DNA from: a virus
Lineage: Duplodnaviria; Caudoviricetes
DNA length: 56,148 bases
Virus record (IMG/VR): IMGVR_UViG_3300046012_000429
Location: 1 to 56,148 of that record
Reading direction: 5' to 3' (one strand)
Below the pieces are notes generated by a model. The model did no database searches and had not been told where the DNA came from. It saw only the letters and a list, made by a program, of their open reading frames with translations. A program made the position numbers and the translations under genes. Shown piece after piece: positions 9,124 through 17,667 of this stretch (position 1 is the first letter of the stretch; the number at the start of each line of letters is the position of its first letter).

Positions 9124-10097
9124 CGGATCGGCCGAATGTCGAGTTTGGTGTAGGGCGCACGGTCGTACTCGACGTGAGCCCCGGTCACCTTGACCCACTT
9201 CACGGTAAACGCGCCGGTCGATCCCTCGATGCCCTTCAGCGCAGCCTTGGCCTCGTCCTTCAGCCGACGAGCACGACGCTCCAGATCCATTGCCTCCCGC
9301 TGCATCTCCACAGCGGCCAGCAGGTCGGGATCTTCTATGAGTCCCTGCGGACCACCACGGCCCGCACGACAGTCCAGGAAGAACCCGCAGGCTTTTTCGC
9401 ACATCTGGATGGGGGGCTCTTTTCGGGCTTCCTCTCCGTGCTGGAAGGCGTAGACGACATCGTCCAGCCAGGCAGTGGCAGCCTCGACAACACGCTCGTC
9501 ATAGCGTTCTTCATGGACGTAGGGCTCACGGTCATCCCCCGCTCGGTCGAACCAGACATTGCTCACCCGCACATCGGCGAGGGAGACATTGTCGTGGAAC
9601 AGCCCAGCCTGATGCGAGGCTTTCGCGTACAGGTGTCGCTGGAACTGCTGGGCCTGGGTGGGTCCGGTCTTGCGCACCCGCCCCAACCCTCGGGTGGTCT
9701 TCACGTCGATCAGCCGTCCAGTGGGCTCAATCAGGTCGGGGTGTCCGATCAGCACATAGGTGCCGGTGTCGCCGTAGAGGGTGATGGATACCTCAGACTG
9801 GCGGATCATGTTCGGGAACATGGTCATCATCGCGGCCTCGATGTGGTCGCCCAGGGCGGTGCCGATGAAGGCGGCGGTCTTGTCGGTCTCCGGTTCCTGC
9901 TGACCGAGCAGGTGCCGTCGCACGCGCTCACTGCAATGACCCAGATCGCTGACGCCGACCCGGTGCCCTGATGCCTGGATTGAGCGGGCGGTCTGGTTGG
10001 TGGCCGTCTGCACCGCCTCGTAGAACTGCTCTGACATCGCCAGTTCATCGGCGGTCATGGGGCGAGTCGGCAGGGCATCCAACATCTGTAAATCCAA
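9120..10097 (-). CDS. Cas4-like / PD-(D/E)XK exonuclease
   Basis: VSDLGHC, GTALG, GHPD...IDVKT, Q...Y motifs and C-terminal C...C...C; adjacent to an annealase. Confidence 0.85.
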   Translation of the reverse strand: MDLQMLDALPTRPMTADELAMSEQFYEAVQTATNQTARSIQASGHRVGVSDLGHCSERVRRHLLGQQEPETDKTAAFIGTALGDHIEAAMMTMFPNMIRQSEVSITLYGDTGTYVLIGHPDLIEPTGRLIDVKTTRGLGRVRKTGPTQAQQFQRHLYAKASHQAGLFHDNVSLADVRVSNVWFDRAGDDREPYVHEERYDERVVEAATAWLDDVVYAFQHGEEARKEPPIQMCEKACGFFLDCRAGRGGPQGLIEDPDLLAAVEMQREAMDLERRARRLKDEAKAALKGIEGSTGAFTVKWVKVTGAHVEYDRAPYTKLDIRPIR

Positions 10098-10252
10098 GGC
10101 TCAGCGCTCCTGGTGGTTGTTGGCCCAGCACCGGCAGTGCGTCGGCCTGTCGTTCAGGTCCGACCAGGCAGTGGTGTCACAGTTCCAGCATTTGTGATCG
10201 CGGCACTCTGGGCAGATCGGCTTCTCCTCAGTGTCGCGGTTCAGGCCGACAC

Positions 10253-10909
10253 TCACGACACTGACACCGCCTGCTCGTTGCTCGCTGCGTCGCCGTCATA
10301 GCCGATCTCGACCGCTCCCAGGGATGTGGCCAGGGTCGCCTTCTGCTCGTCTGTCAGCACCACCGGAGCGGGCGACCCAGGGGCCTCGGGATCGAACATG
10401 GGGGAGTCGGGGTCGCTCTGTTGCAAGGTGCCCTTGACGAGCGGTCCCAACTGACCGTCGCGGTAGAGGTGCAATCCGAACGTGTCACCGAGGTTGATGG
10501 CTGCCCGGCGCAGGGCGTAGGACTCCACAGAGGTCACCGCCAGGGCATGGGCCTCACCCCGGCTGGGCTGGGGAGCGGACTCCTCGGCATGCCACTCGGT
10601 GAACTCGGTCACCGGCATTCCGTTGTAGTCACGGATGGTGAGGGTGCAGGCGCAGCGATAGCAGACCTTCCAGTAGGTCTGGGAGGAGATGACCTCACCC
10701 GCGTCGTTGGTCTTCTCCCGTACGTCGGGCTCCTCGTAGATGAGGGTCATGTCGTGGATGCGGGAGTCCCAATTACCAAACCCAAACACTCTGCTCAACT
10801 CAGCCCGCACCTCGAACTGGGGCACGTAACTCTGACCGCGCACCTTCTCGATGCGGTCGGGGCGTACGGGGGTGAGCAGTCTCTTGATCTGTCCGGTGGT
10901 GAATGGCAT
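10253..10909 (-). CDS. Rad52/Rad22-family (Sak-like) single-strand annealing protein
   Basis: SYVPQFEVRAELSRVFGFGNWD and A...S.ALRRAA.NLG..FGL.LY motifs. Confidence 0.85.
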   Translation of the reverse strand: MPFTTGQIKRLLTPVRPDRIEKVRGQSYVPQFEVRAELSRVFGFGNWDSRIHDMTLIYEEPDVREKTNDAGEVISSQTYWKVCYRCACTLTIRDYNGMPVTEFTEWHAEESAPQPSRGEAHALAVTSVESYALRRAAINLGDTFGLHLYRDGQLGPLVKGTLQQSDPDSPMFDPEAPGSPAPVVLTDEQKATLATSLGAVEIGYDGDAASNEQAVSVS

Positions 10910-10916
10910 GTCTCCC

Positions 10917-10944
10917 ATTGTACCGGAGAAAGGTACAGTGTCCA
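10917..10944. promoter_or_regulatory. Overlapping divergent promoters, probably leaderless
   Basis: Minus: TGGACA-16-TACAAT ending 7 nt before ATG 10909. Plus: TACAGT (10934-10939) 6 nt before GTG 10946. Confidence 0.6.
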
Positions 10945-10945
10945 T

Positions 10946-11215
10946 GTGACCACCACCCAGGCCAGTCTGCGCATCGACTTCTCCGAGGCACCCCACGATC
11001 CGGTGGAGCGGCTGCTCTGGCTGAGTGGGGCGAAGGAGGCGTTCGACGCTCAGGTGGCCACCATGTGGCAGACCGCTTACTTCGAGGCGAGGCTGTCCGG
11101 TCGGTTCGCCGCCGCCTTGGATCTGCACCTACACAGCAGGAAGCGGGCGCTCGCGTTCACGCGGGCAGAGAACGAGCGGCGCGGCCGACCGATGCGCTGG
11201 GGCGACGGGTTCTGA
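10946..11215 (+). CDS. Hypothetical protein (lone plus-strand gene in the minus arm)
   Basis: Protein-like helical sequence (DPVERLLWLSG...AYFEARL...RWGDGF) with its own -10 element. Confidence 0.65.
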   Translation: MTTTQASLRIDFSEAPHDPVERLLWLSGAKEAFDAQVATMWQTAYFEARLSGRFAAALDLHLHSRKRALAFTRAENERRGRPMRWGDGF

Positions 11216-11501
11216 GTTCGGTCAGGATGTCGTCCCAGTCGTCGGGATACCACAGCCGATAGGTGTCTCCGAGGGCCACACCCCAGCATGCCTGGTCTGA
11301 TCGCGGTCTGCCCCGGCCGACCTTCAACTCGGCGTGGATGACTACTCCGTCGCGGGCAAGCACCAGGTCGACGAAGCCGGAGTCACCGGACAGGGGGGTA
11401 CGCCAGCCCTTTGCGGTCTTCGCGGGACGGAAGTGGGTAACCAGCCAGCCGAACAACCTGGCAGTGTCGATGACCCGCTGCAGGAAATCCGTCTCGGTCA
11501 T
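11157..11501 (-). CDS. VRR-NUC domain nuclease / resolvase
   Basis: TETDFL..V, SGFVDLVL, AELKV..GR...Q..W, W.P.DW motifs. Confidence 0.85.
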   Translation of the reverse strand: MTETDFLQRVIDTARLFGWLVTHFRPAKTAKGWRTPLSGDSGFVDLVLARDGVVIHAELKVGRGRPRSDQACWGVALGDTYRLWYPDDWDDILTELRTRRPSASVGRAARSLPA

Positions 11502-11522
11502 CGGTTAAGGCCACCTTAACTT

Positions 11523-11852
11523 TCACAGTGCCAGCGTCCATCCTCCTGAACAGTCTGGCAGCACCCAGCCGGTGGGTGTCTTGAACGGCATCAGCCAGGG
11601 CTCGCAGACATTGCGTTCGACGATCAACCCGGCTTCTTTCGCCTTGGTCGGATTGTGGTGGGCCCAGGTGTGGCATGTCGCGCACAGCCAGACGCCAACA
11701 CAGGGACAGTGGGTATGGCTGTCGCGCACCGAACGCGACCGACGGTGGTGCCAGTGTCCGTTCGGTGCGGGTATCTGGCACCTAGCACACCGGAAGCGCT
11801 CCCGGGCTTTGACTAGTTCCCGGGAGCGCTTCGGTATAGGTGTTGCTTTCAC
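11523..11852 (-). CDS. HNH-like zinc-binding endonuclease
   Basis: CARC...HHRRSR...LCATCH..AH.NP..A...GL. Confidence 0.75.
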   Translation of the reverse strand: MKATPIPKRSRELVKARERFRCARCQIPAPNGHWHHRRSRSVRDSHTHCPCVGVWLCATCHTWAHHNPTKAKEAGLIVERNVCEPWLMPFKTPTGWVLPDCSGGWTLAL

Positions 11853-11989
11853 TTCTTGTGATTCTCGTCCCTGTGGTGACCCCAGAGACGGGCACGCCAC
11901 CGCGCACCCGTCTCCAGGTAGTAGGCGACGACGCCTCCTAGGAACCCACCGCTGAACGCCACGACGAGGACCTGCCACCACTCACTCAT
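11849..11989 (-). CDS. Small membrane protein
   Basis: MSEWWQVLVVAFSGGFLGGVVAYYL hydrophobic segment. Confidence 0.5.
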   Translation of the reverse strand: MSEWWQVLVVAFSGGFLGGVVAYYLETGARWRARLWGHHRDENHKK

Positions 11990-12198
11990 CGTGAGCGGGT
12001 TTCTTCCAACTCGACCAGCATCCACAGCCATGACTCGGCCTGCAACTCGCTGATCTCACGGCGGGCCAGCAGTGCGAGCACACTGGCGACCAACAGGTCC
12101 CACTCGCTCATCCGACCACCACCATCAACACCGTGTAGAACACCAAGATGGCGATGCTGACGGCAGCGATCGCTCCGAGGAGAACCCAGTCTTGATCC

Positions 12199-12831
12199 TC
12201 AGTCACTGCTGTCGGACTCCTCACTCTCTACTCCCTTCAGCCGACCTGGCTGCTGTTCGATCTGGACCGCGTGCTCACGACCGAGCCCACCCTCCAGCCC
12301 CTTGCCGAGACCAGCGGTCAGGTTGGTCAAGATCTCGGGGTTGGCGTCGATGGTGTCCATCACTCGGTTGACGATGTGCACCACGTTGTCCAGCCGGACC
12401 TTGAGCATGGCCTGGACCCGGACGTTGTCGATCTGCACGTCGACTCGGTCGATGGACACGTCAGCGCCCACGTCGAGTTCCAGCAGATCGAGCACCTTGG
12501 CTCGCAGGTTCACATGGGCGCGGAGGTTGTCGACCTCGATGCCGATGTGGTCGACCCCCAGGTTGGGGATCGACAAGAGCACGTCCGGGTCGTTGTTGGA
12601 GCCCAGCCACTGCTCGGCGGTGGCGTGTTGCAAGGGCTCCAACGTGGCCGAGGTGTCGGTCCGCCCGGCCTTGTCCTGCCTGGCGTTCCAGGTCTCGATG
12701 TTGCGACCATCGTCAGTCCCGTGGCGGACGAGGCTCCCTTGGCTTTCTTGGCTGTCGGTCGGGTCCACGTCGGCGGGGCTGCTTGGGCTCCTCGGCGTCC
12801 TCGGACTGTCCGGCATCTCCGGCGCCATCAT
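12199..12831 (-). CDS. Conserved actinobacterial hypothetical protein (host-like); start uncertain
   Basis: DPDVLL.IP.L.VD.I..EVDNLRAHV.L.A.VLDLL.L.VGADV...V...I..V..QA.LKVRLDNV motif resembles a chromosomal actinobacterial family. Confidence 0.7.
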   Translation of the reverse strand: MMAPEMPDSPRTPRSPSSPADVDPTDSQESQGSLVRHGTDDGRNIETWNARQDKAGRTDTSATLEPLQHATAEQWLGSNNDPDVLLSIPNLGVDHIGIEVDNLRAHVNLRAKVLDLLELDVGADVSIDRVDVQIDNVRVQAMLKVRLDNVVHIVNRVMDTIDANPEILTNLTAGLGKGLEGGLGREHAVQIEQQPGRLKGVESEESDSSD

Positions 12832-13693
12832 CTATCTCGTCCTCCGGCTCGGCTTCGCCCTGTTCCTGGGCTTCACCTTCCGACCCACGTTCTTCCCCGT
12901 CACCGGCTTCGGACTGTGCTTGTAGGCCATCCTGTTCGCCCACGCCTGCCGAATCCTCTCGGTCCATCTCATCTGGTTGCTCCTCCTCGTTCTCAGGTGC
13001 GGGCAGCATCATCAGGTGCCGCCCGAAGTGCTTCACGTCCAACCGGGCACGGCGCCCGACCGTCCGCCATCTGTTGCCCATCCACTCGAAGAACCCCTTC
13101 GGCCGGTACTCCAGCGTGTAGAGGATCAGGGTGGCGTTGTCCCCGATGGGGGTGAAGGTGATGCAGCCGTCGATGGTCCCCTTGGCCGCCTCGGTCGACC
13201 ACCGGATACGCCGGTTCTCGACCTGTTCCTCGACGGTCGCCTTCCACGACCGTCGGTTGAGGAAGATCTTGGCCGTCCACTGGGAGGTCTGCTTGGCCTC
13301 GCCGTCGTCGCCCTCCTCCTCGTCGACCGTGACCTTCTCGGGACCCTTCATGAACTCGGGGAACTGGGCGTAGTTGGTCCACTCCTCGAACGCCTGCTCG
13401 ACCGGGACACCGACGAACAACTGTTCGTAGATGTTGGTCGGACGCTTGGCGGAGCCGCCCACCATCTTCTTGAATGCCCCTTTGATGCCTCCCCAGAGGG
13501 TCGACCTCCCCTCCGAGGCGGCGTCCGTGGCCCCCTCAACGGCACCCGATGTCGCACTGTCCTCTCCCGCGAACTTGGCGGCGGCTCCAGACACCATGTG
13601 CCCCGCTTGGGCCCCGGCGAAACTGCCGAGGGCTCCGAGCAGGTCCTTGGTGGCCGGGTCCTCCCGCAGTCGGGACAGGAACGACTCAGCCAT
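12713..13693 (-). CDS. SRPBCC / polyketide-cyclase-like (START-fold) protein
   Basis: VGVPV..AF.EWT.Y..FP.FMKG.E.V...W.AKIF..RRSW.A...EQV...RI.W...G..TF, RRARLD.KHF; acidic tail. Confidence 0.85.
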   Translation of the reverse strand: MAESFLSRLREDPATKDLLGALGSFAGAQAGHMVSGAAAKFAGEDSATSGAVEGATDAASEGRSTLWGGIKGAFKKMVGGSAKRPTNIYEQLFVGVPVEQAFEEWTNYAQFPEFMKGPEKVTVDEEEGDDGEAKQTSQWTAKIFLNRRSWKATVEEQVENRRIRWSTEAAKGTIDGCITFTPIGDNATLILYTLEYRPKGFFEWMGNRWRTVGRRARLDVKHFGRHLMMLPAPENEEEQPDEMDREDSAGVGEQDGLQAQSEAGDGEERGSEGEAQEQGEAEPEDEIDDGAGDAGQSEDAEEPKQPRRRGPDRQPRKPREPRPPRD

Positions 13694-14237
13694 CGGAGTT
13701 CTCCTCCTTGTTCTCCTCCGCTTCGGCGTCGTCCTCGGTCCACTCCTCGTCGGACTCGTGCTCGGGGTCATCGTCAGGAGTTGCGTCGTCTGTATCAGAG
13801 GGGGCGTCTTCGCCCTCCTCCTTCTTGGGCTTGCGCTTCAACTTGCTCGTCAACTTGCTCACCGTCCCTGTGGTCTGGTCGACCGTGTCGCTAACGGTTT
13901 CGGCGGTTCCCTCGACTACCTCAGTAGAGGCGTTCTGCAGCCGCTGGGTCCGCTCGGTCAAGCCTTTGGTGATGCCGACCATCCGGGCCTGCACAGCGGC
14001 CATCGCTGCCTGCTGGATGGCCTCCTGCAGTGGCCCACGTACCTGGTCGGTGATCTGTTTGGCTTCCTCGCTGGCCAGCATCTGGGTGGCAAGGGTCCGG
14101 CCCTTGCCGACCAACTGCTGGGCTTGCTGATTGCCGGACAGGAACATGGCGAAACGTAGGGCAGTCCCGCCCTTCTTCGTCCGGCCCAGGATGTAGCCAC
14201 CGACGACGGCTGCACCCAACTTCGCGTTCTCGTTCAT
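13686..14237 (-). CDS. Conserved actinobacterial protein with GY.LGRTKK N-terminus and acidic tail
   Basis: AAVVGGYILGRTKK motif; this family precedes SRPBCC genes near actinomycete gas-vesicle loci (recalled, not searched). Confidence 0.7.
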   Translation of the reverse strand: MNENAKLGAAVVGGYILGRTKKGGTALRFAMFLSGNQQAQQLVGKGRTLATQMLASEEAKQITDQVRGPLQEAIQQAAMAAVQARMVGITKGLTERTQRLQNASTEVVEGTAETVSDTVDQTTGTVSKLTSKLKRKPKKEEGEDAPSDTDDATPDDDPEHESDEEWTEDDAEAEENKEENSDG

Positions 14238-14322
14238 GGTTTTCCTTTGTGTGGTTGGTTGTGGTTGCTCGAACTGGTTAAGGCTGCCTTAACCGGGGGA
14301 CCCCTGGCTCGGGTGGTCATGG

Positions 14323-14550
14323 TCAGTACCGCTCCGGCCAGGTGACCGGGCGGCGCGGCTTCATCACCAGCCCGCCCATCATGGACACGATGTCGTCGAA
14401 CTTCTCGGTCACATCGAGGTACTGGCCGGTGCCCAGGAAGATCCGGGTCACCTCGTTCAGCGGCACCGCGAAGTCGATGCTGATGATCGGCACCAGGACC
14501 GGTCCACCCACCTCCTCCGCGCTGGTCAGCAGCAGCACGTACGGCGTCAT
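14323..14550 (-). CDS. Hypothetical protein
   Basis: ATGA overlap with the upstream gene; protein-like. Confidence 0.6.
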   Translation of the reverse strand: MTPYVLLLTSAEEVGGPVLVPIISIDFAVPLNEVTRIFLGTGQYLDVTEKFDDIVSMMGGLVMKPRRPVTWPERY

Positions 14551-15122
14551 GCCAGCACCAACTCCTGCATCAACCGGGGGAGGTCGCCGTCGGTGCCGAT
14601 GGCCTCGATCTGGGTGGGCTCGCCCCACTCGATTGCGTGTCCGTTCCGGGTGTAGCGCTGCTGGACGTCATAGCCCGGTCCGTCCGGGGCCACACAGATC
14701 GCTGCCAGTGCCTCGTAGGCGTCCGGGTCCCCGACCTCGAACGCTGCCTGGGCCTCACCCCGCACCACGTTCGGGTCGTCGATCACCTTCGCGTAGGTGT
14801 CCAGGGCCAGCGCCACCCAGTCCACGCTGGGGATCTGACCAGCCAGCCGCAGGTGCACCAGTTCGTGCAGCGCCTCGACCGGGTGGACGTTCAGCAGTGG
14901 CAGCATCCCGGACTCCGAGCCCATGCCGATGCAGATGACACCGAGGGCCTCGCCGCTGCTCTCGATCATCTCCCGCATCATCGCGAGGAAGAACGAGGCA
15001 TCCGGCGGCGGTCCACCGTAGGGGTGGATGATCAGCGCCCCGGCGTTCTCGGCCTCGGCCAGTGCGGTGATCATCGCCGCCTGCTCGGCCAGCGATGACA
15101 AGAACCCCTCGCCCTCAGTCAT
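14547..15122 (-). CDS. Hypothetical protein
   Basis: RBS GGAGGAG; coupled ORF. Confidence 0.65.
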   Translation of the reverse strand: MTEGEGFLSSLAEQAAMITALAEAENAGALIIHPYGGPPPDASFFLAMMREMIESSGEALGVICIGMGSESGMLPLLNVHPVEALHELVHLRLAGQIPSVDWVALALDTYAKVIDDPNVVRGEAQAAFEVGDPDAYEALAAICVAPDGPGYDVQQRYTRNGHAIEWGEPTQIEAIGTDGDLPRLMQELVLA

Positions 15123-15306
15123 GGGTCTCCTCCCCACCCTCGCGATGGCACCCGCAGGTGCACTCGTCCCCGTTCGGGTCTGAGCACTCCTCGTGGTAGC
15201 CCAGCGAGCACTGCCGGAACATGCCCATCAGGCGACCGGCCGCGATCTTGGTCTCGGTGGTCTCGTCGTCGTCACCGGGTCTGTTGATGTGCATCACGGG
15301 GCTCAT
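15115..15306 (-). CDS. Small Cys/His protein
   Basis: C..G.H.EC......CTCGCH. Confidence 0.6.
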   Translation of the reverse strand: MSPVMHINRPGDDDETTETKIAAGRLMGMFRQCSLGYHEECSDPNGDECTCGCHREGGEETHD

Positions 15307-15695
15307 CGGTACGCCCCTTCCACCAGACCGACGACCAGGTTGAGGGCGACCTCAGCCCGCTCGGCGGTCATGTCGACGAAGTCGGGACCCTCGGGGGTCA
15401 TCCCCTCCTGCATCACCAGCACGTCACCGCGCAGGGTGTAGCCCTGCACCGGGTAGAGGGGCCAGGCCCGCATGTTCTGCGGCTGGCCGTTGCGCTGGCC
15501 GTCCTCGTCGCAGACCCCGACCAGGCCGTGGATCGAGGTGAGCGGGCACCGGAACCGCTCGATGTAGGTGCATGGTCCACCGATCTTGGCGGCGATGGAC
15601 TTGTAGCCGTGCTCGACCGCGACGACCTCGATCGGGTCGACAGGGTTGACGGGCACTCGGATTGCTCTCACTGTGGTTGCTCCTCTTTCGCTCAC
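15303..15695 (-). CDS. Hypothetical protein (DUF3846-like)
   Basis: IGG..IE...DEDG......N.RA......L.GDVLV pattern. Confidence 0.55.
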   Translation of the reverse strand: MSERGATTVRAIRVPVNPVDPIEVVAVEHGYKSIAAKIGGPCTYIERFRCPLTSIHGLVGVCDEDGQRNGQPQNMRAWPLYPVQGYTLRGDVLVMQEGMTPEGPDFVDMTAERAEVALNLVVGLVEGAYR

Positions 15696-15955
15696 TGGTT
15701 GTGGTCGCTTGCGGTGATGTTGTTGATGACTTCGAGCAGTCGTTCCACCTCGCTCTCCGCCTCGGTCTGGGCCTCTTGGGTGTCGCGCAGTTCGTCCCGC
15801 AGGGTGTCGATGTACTCGGCCAGCACCAGCCGGTCGAGGTATGCCTGCTCGTTGTCGACGTGGCTGTTGTCGACGCCCCATATCCAGTGCCGTCGGGCCA
15901 GGGCGAGGTTCACGGTGACGATGCTGAGTTCGCGCAACAGGTCAGGCATCGTCAC
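15692..15955 (-). CDS. Hypothetical coiled-coil protein
   Basis: Coupled ORF with heptad pattern. Confidence 0.55.
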   Translation of the reverse strand: MTMPDLLRELSIVTVNLALARRHWIWGVDNSHVDNEQAYLDRLVLAEYIDTLRDELRDTQEAQTEAESEVERLLEVINNITASDHNQ

Positions 15956-16265
15956 CTTCCTCGTGCTCGTCGTTGGGACTCGGCACGTAGAGGCTGCCGT
16001 TGACCCACAGGTACCCGTCCGGCTGCATCCACACCGTCGGTCCCAGGTGCACCTTGGCGTCGGTGTCGGCGTACGGGTAGAGCGGAGTGTGGTCCGGGCC
16101 CTGGATGATCCAGGTAGCCACGGTGATCAGGTCATCCGGAGCGGGTGAGATCTTGCTGGCCAGACCGGTGTTGGTGAGGAACGGCCTGGCGATGCCCAGT
16201 GCAAACGCGCGCGCCTGCTGCTCATGGCTGAGCGGGTTGTCATGGGGCTCGGGTGGTTGGTCCAT
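15942..16265 (-). CDS. Hypothetical protein
   Basis: RBS AAGGAG before ATG 16265. Confidence 0.6.
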   Translation of the reverse strand: MDQPPEPHDNPLSHEQQARAFALGIARPFLTNTGLASKISPAPDDLITVATWIIQGPDHTPLYPYADTDAKVHLGPTVWMQPDGYLWVNGSLYVPSPNDEHEEGDDA

Positions 16266-16495
16266 CAGGTGATGCTCCTTCGCATGCGGTGCTGTAGTTC
16301 GTGGATCAGACAGGGTGAGCAGGACTGGGGTCGGCAGGCGTAGCGCTCGCCGAGGACACAGGGCTGCTCGGGCATCTCCATCGCCAGGTCGAGCACGGGC
16401 TGCAGGACGAACAGCCGGGCACTGTCGTTGCGCCAGCACCAGATCTGGTAGATCGGGTCATCGGTGCTGACGGTGATGCCGACGCGCTCAAGCAT
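16265..16495 (-). CDS. Hypothetical protein (shares motif with 16488-16769)
   Basis: VSTDDPIYQIWCW. Confidence 0.55.
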   Translation of the reverse strand: MLERVGITVSTDDPIYQIWCWRNDSARLFVLQPVLDLAMEMPEQPCVLGERYACRPQSCSPCLIHELQHRMRRSIT

Positions 16496-16769
16496 TGGGC
16501 ATCCCGTACTCGCCTTCGCCGATGTTCAGGAACGATGACTCGTTCGCCCGCCAGGTGCGCAGGTTCTCGTCGTCGTTCTCCAGCCGGACAGTGACGCGCT
16601 CCCAGACCGGTAGCCCGTCCTCCCCTCGTTCGTCGGAGAACTCCATCCAGGGGTTCTGGCAGTTGGCGTGGGTACCGAAGGGCACCCAACCCTCACTCTC
16701 CAGCCAGCACCAGATCTGGTAGACCGGGTCCTCGGTGCTGACGACCAGGACCTGCTGGCCCTCAGCCAT
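16488..16769 (-). CDS. Hypothetical protein (shares motif with 16265-16495)
   Basis: VSTEDPVYQIWCW. Confidence 0.6.
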   Translation of the reverse strand: MAEGQQVLVVSTEDPVYQIWCWLESEGWVPFGTHANCQNPWMEFSDERGEDGLPVWERVTVRLENDDENLRTWRANESSFLNIGEGEYGMPNA

Positions 16770-17040
16770 CGGTCTTCTCCACCACGATCAGCACGCTGTT
16801 GCCCTCACATCCAGGCAGGGCGCAGCGTCCGTCCACCCAGGTGGTCATGCCGCAGTACGGACAGACGGGGGACTCCCGTGGCTTCTGCTCCAGCGCAACG
16901 ACCACGTCCTCGGTGATGATGGCCATCACCTTGGCGGTGGCGGTGTCGGCGGCGTGCTCCATCGTCAGGCCGTCGTTGCGGGCGTCGTAGTAGGAGTCCG
17001 AGATGGCGTCTCGGATGCGGTCCCGGATGGTCTCAGACAC
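16762..17040 (-). CDS. Hypothetical zinc-ribbon protein
   Basis: CPYCG...C...C. Confidence 0.6.
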   Translation of the reverse strand: MSETIRDRIRDAISDSYYDARNDGLTMEHAADTATAKVMAIITEDVVVALEQKPRESPVCPYCGMTTWVDGRCALPGCEGNSVLIVVEKTDG

Positions 17041-17224
17041 GCTGCCTCCCCATCATCTTGGCGATGGCGATCACGGCATGGGTGAGCGCGGCCAGCAGGG
17101 CATCGGTCGGTGACTCCTCACCCTTCTCTATCCGGTTTGCGGTGACGACCTCAGCATGGTGAAGCAGTCTCTCGGCGTTGTGGATGTGCCGGAACGGCGG
17201 CATGTCGTCGGGTTGGTTGGTCAT
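17033..17224 (-). CDS. Hypothetical protein
   Basis: GAGGAGCAACC directly before ATG. Confidence 0.6.
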   Translation of the reverse strand: MTNQPDDMPPFRHIHNAERLLHHAEVVTANRIEKGEESPTDALLAALTHAVIAIAKMMGRQRV

Positions 17225-17667
17225 GGTTGCTCCTCTGGATAGGGGTTGGGAGTGACGGTGCCGTGGCGGCCGTCGTCGTGACCGGCCAGGTAGCCCTCCT
17301 CCCAGACGGTGTGCTTGTCGATGTGTGCTCGGTTGCTCCGATGCGGGGCGACCTGTCGATCCCCCACGTGCTGCGGGAGGACGTAGATCTGGCTGCGTCC
17401 TCGTCGTTCGACCAGCCGTTCGATCCGACCGGCCAGGTGCAGGGCAGACAGGGTGGCCGAGGCTTGGCCATGGTGCAGGCCCAGAGAGTGGCCCACCTCG
17501 GCCCAGGTGACCCCGACTCCCTCCTGCCTGCTCACCAGGTCGAGTACGGCCCGCTGCCGCTTGCCTGCGGTGCCCTCGGTCGCGTCGGCATAGGCCCGCT
17601 CCCGGCTGGTGTCACTGCCCGACCAGCCCTCGGTGCCCGCGTAGGGCAGTTCGGCCTGGTCGCTCAT
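17221..17667 (-). CDS. Winged-helix DNA-binding protein
   Basis: GVTWAEVGHSLGLHHGQASATLSALHLAGRIERL...R...IY. Confidence 0.7.
   Translation of the reverse strand: MSDQAELPYAGTEGWSGSDTSRERAYADATEGTAGKRQRAVLDLVSRQEGVGVTWAEVGHSLGLHHGQASATLSALHLAGRIERLVERRGRSQIYVLPQHVGDRQVAPHRSNRAHIDKHTVWEEGYLAGHDDGRHGTVTPNPYPEEQP

Noticed and set aside
9120-10097. Cas4 as evidence of a CRISPR system
   Set aside because: Stand-alone Cas4-like exonucleases next to annealases are ordinary phage recombination genes
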